Program-made: the position numbers and the translations under genes
Shown here: positions 62,618 to 64,000 of the stretch, in pieces
Layout of the letters: the number at the start of each line of letters is the position of its first letter
Position numbering within the stretch: the stretch's first letter is position 1
The notes under the pieces: model-generated
The model's database searches: none
Told to the model about the DNA's origin: nothing
Seen by the model: only the letters and a program-made list of their open reading frames with translations
NCBI RefSeq assembly: GCF_006345805.1
Contig: NC_043018.1
Location: 5,022,001-5,086,000 of the forward strand
Origin: Octopus sinensis
Lineage: Eukaryota
Length of the DNA stretch: 64,000 nt
Direction of reading: 5' to 3'

Positions 62618-63323
62618 CGTTACACGGAGAATATGGTTACCCTGGTGGAATCAGCTTTCTGCTACAACCTCTCACAGCGGTCGTAACCCCTCTCTTCCCA
62701 GAATTTCTTCATTTATAATAAGGTCTTGCTAGTTGACCCATACGATTTTTCTAAGGCACTTTAGATGGATTATATTATTAGTTTCTTATCCGCCTTTTTA
62801 CTCTGCTCTTCAAAGTCTCGCACGCATAAGTTACAATCGGTAAAACGAGTTACTGTACCTTTATTCAAATCGATCCTCTTGCACACCCGGCTTCCCTATA
62901 CACACGTGCGCGCGCAGTCACGCAGATTCGGCCGCCGTTGGAGTGCTTTAAGTGTGCAATTATCAGTCAACTAGAATATACTACAATGAATAGGTAGATA
63001 TATTGATCGATCAAATGCAATACGTATCAATAAAGTTGTGAAATCGATCAGAGTAGAAAATTGTATAAAAATTTGTATAGTGTGATTTGAAATACATTTG
63101 TCATTTGGATGAGAGAGACAGGGTTGAAATGGAGACATGTGCGTCTATACAAACACACACACACACACACGTTTCTATTTCGACCATGTGTGTGACTTGA
63201 CGAACTTCAGTGATCTCCGCTTAGATGTTTGTATAAAATCACGATGTGTTCTCATTGCAGCAGTTGTCTATGAGTATACACACTCACACGCACATATGCG
63301 CGTGTATATATATATATATATAT

Positions 63324-63376
<53 letters not shown>

Positions 63377-63657
63377 AAGAAAAAGAGAGAGAGAGAGAGA
63401 GAGACGATGATGCAAATAAACAGATAACCTCCTTGGGTCCCGACAGCTGTTTCTGGTGGTTCGGTGTTACTTCATAACATTGGCAGATGTATTTCACCCA
63501 AAATTTGCAACCAGAAATGGTATCAAACAAACACTGGAGAACTCGAGCCTCCTTCTTCAGGGTGGGGAGATAAGAATCTTATACTTCAGAGTGCAGGTTT
63601 CAAATCTTTTGAGCGTTACTAAATGTTTTCTACAGAGATTCTCTAGATCTCATCTTT

Positions 63658-63701
<44 letters not shown>

Positions 63702-63702
63702 T

Positions 63703-63740
<38 letters not shown>

Positions 63741-64000
63741 GCATGTATATGTATATATATATATATATATGTATATGCGTAGATACATGAATGTGTGTGT
63801 GTTTGTATAGGTGTACGAGTAAACGTGTGCGCATGTGTGGTGAATGCATGATTACCATAAATACGTTTACTTATTGTTTAACCTGAATGAAGTACAATTA
63901 AAATGATAAAGGAGAGTCTAGTGGGAAACGAACCAACGGCGCTTCGATGTAATTGTCTTTTTATACCATTTAAGCCTCTTAGGAATGTTTGCCCTGAAGC

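Noticed and set aside
63435-63485. Minus-strand gaaacagctgtc (HHR helix III and GUC site)
   Set aside because: The upstream CUGANGA core and helix I are not intact; at best a decayed relic.

Overview
Repeat-saturated animal DNA, very probably intronic or intergenic sequence from a coleoid cephalopod (Octopus-like). The taxon is inferred from the dense microsatellites and the tRNA-SINE families. There are two 100-N scaffold gaps. I found no recognisable intact host gene, rRNA, tRNA or CRISPR array, and nearly all ORFs in the supplied track are microsatellite or SINE artefacts. The window holds about 40 copies of four tRNA-derived SINE families (labelled A-D here) and decayed RTE, CR1 and Penelope-like (PLE) retroelement fragments. 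It also holds Tc1/mariner remnants (DD37D maT-type and mariner-type), hAT-type MITEs, several long fold-backs, a 63-bp structured minisatellite and one CpG-rich promoter-like island. The most interesting signal is a set of minimal type-I hammerhead-ribozyme (HHR) motifs from several unrelated repeat families. These include an intact-looking G3:C8 compensatory variant, a U3:A8 variant and a canonical one in single-copy-looking sequence, and several sit in divergent inverted pairs. All parsing, coordinates and identities were done by eye and may be off by a few bases; no searches were run.
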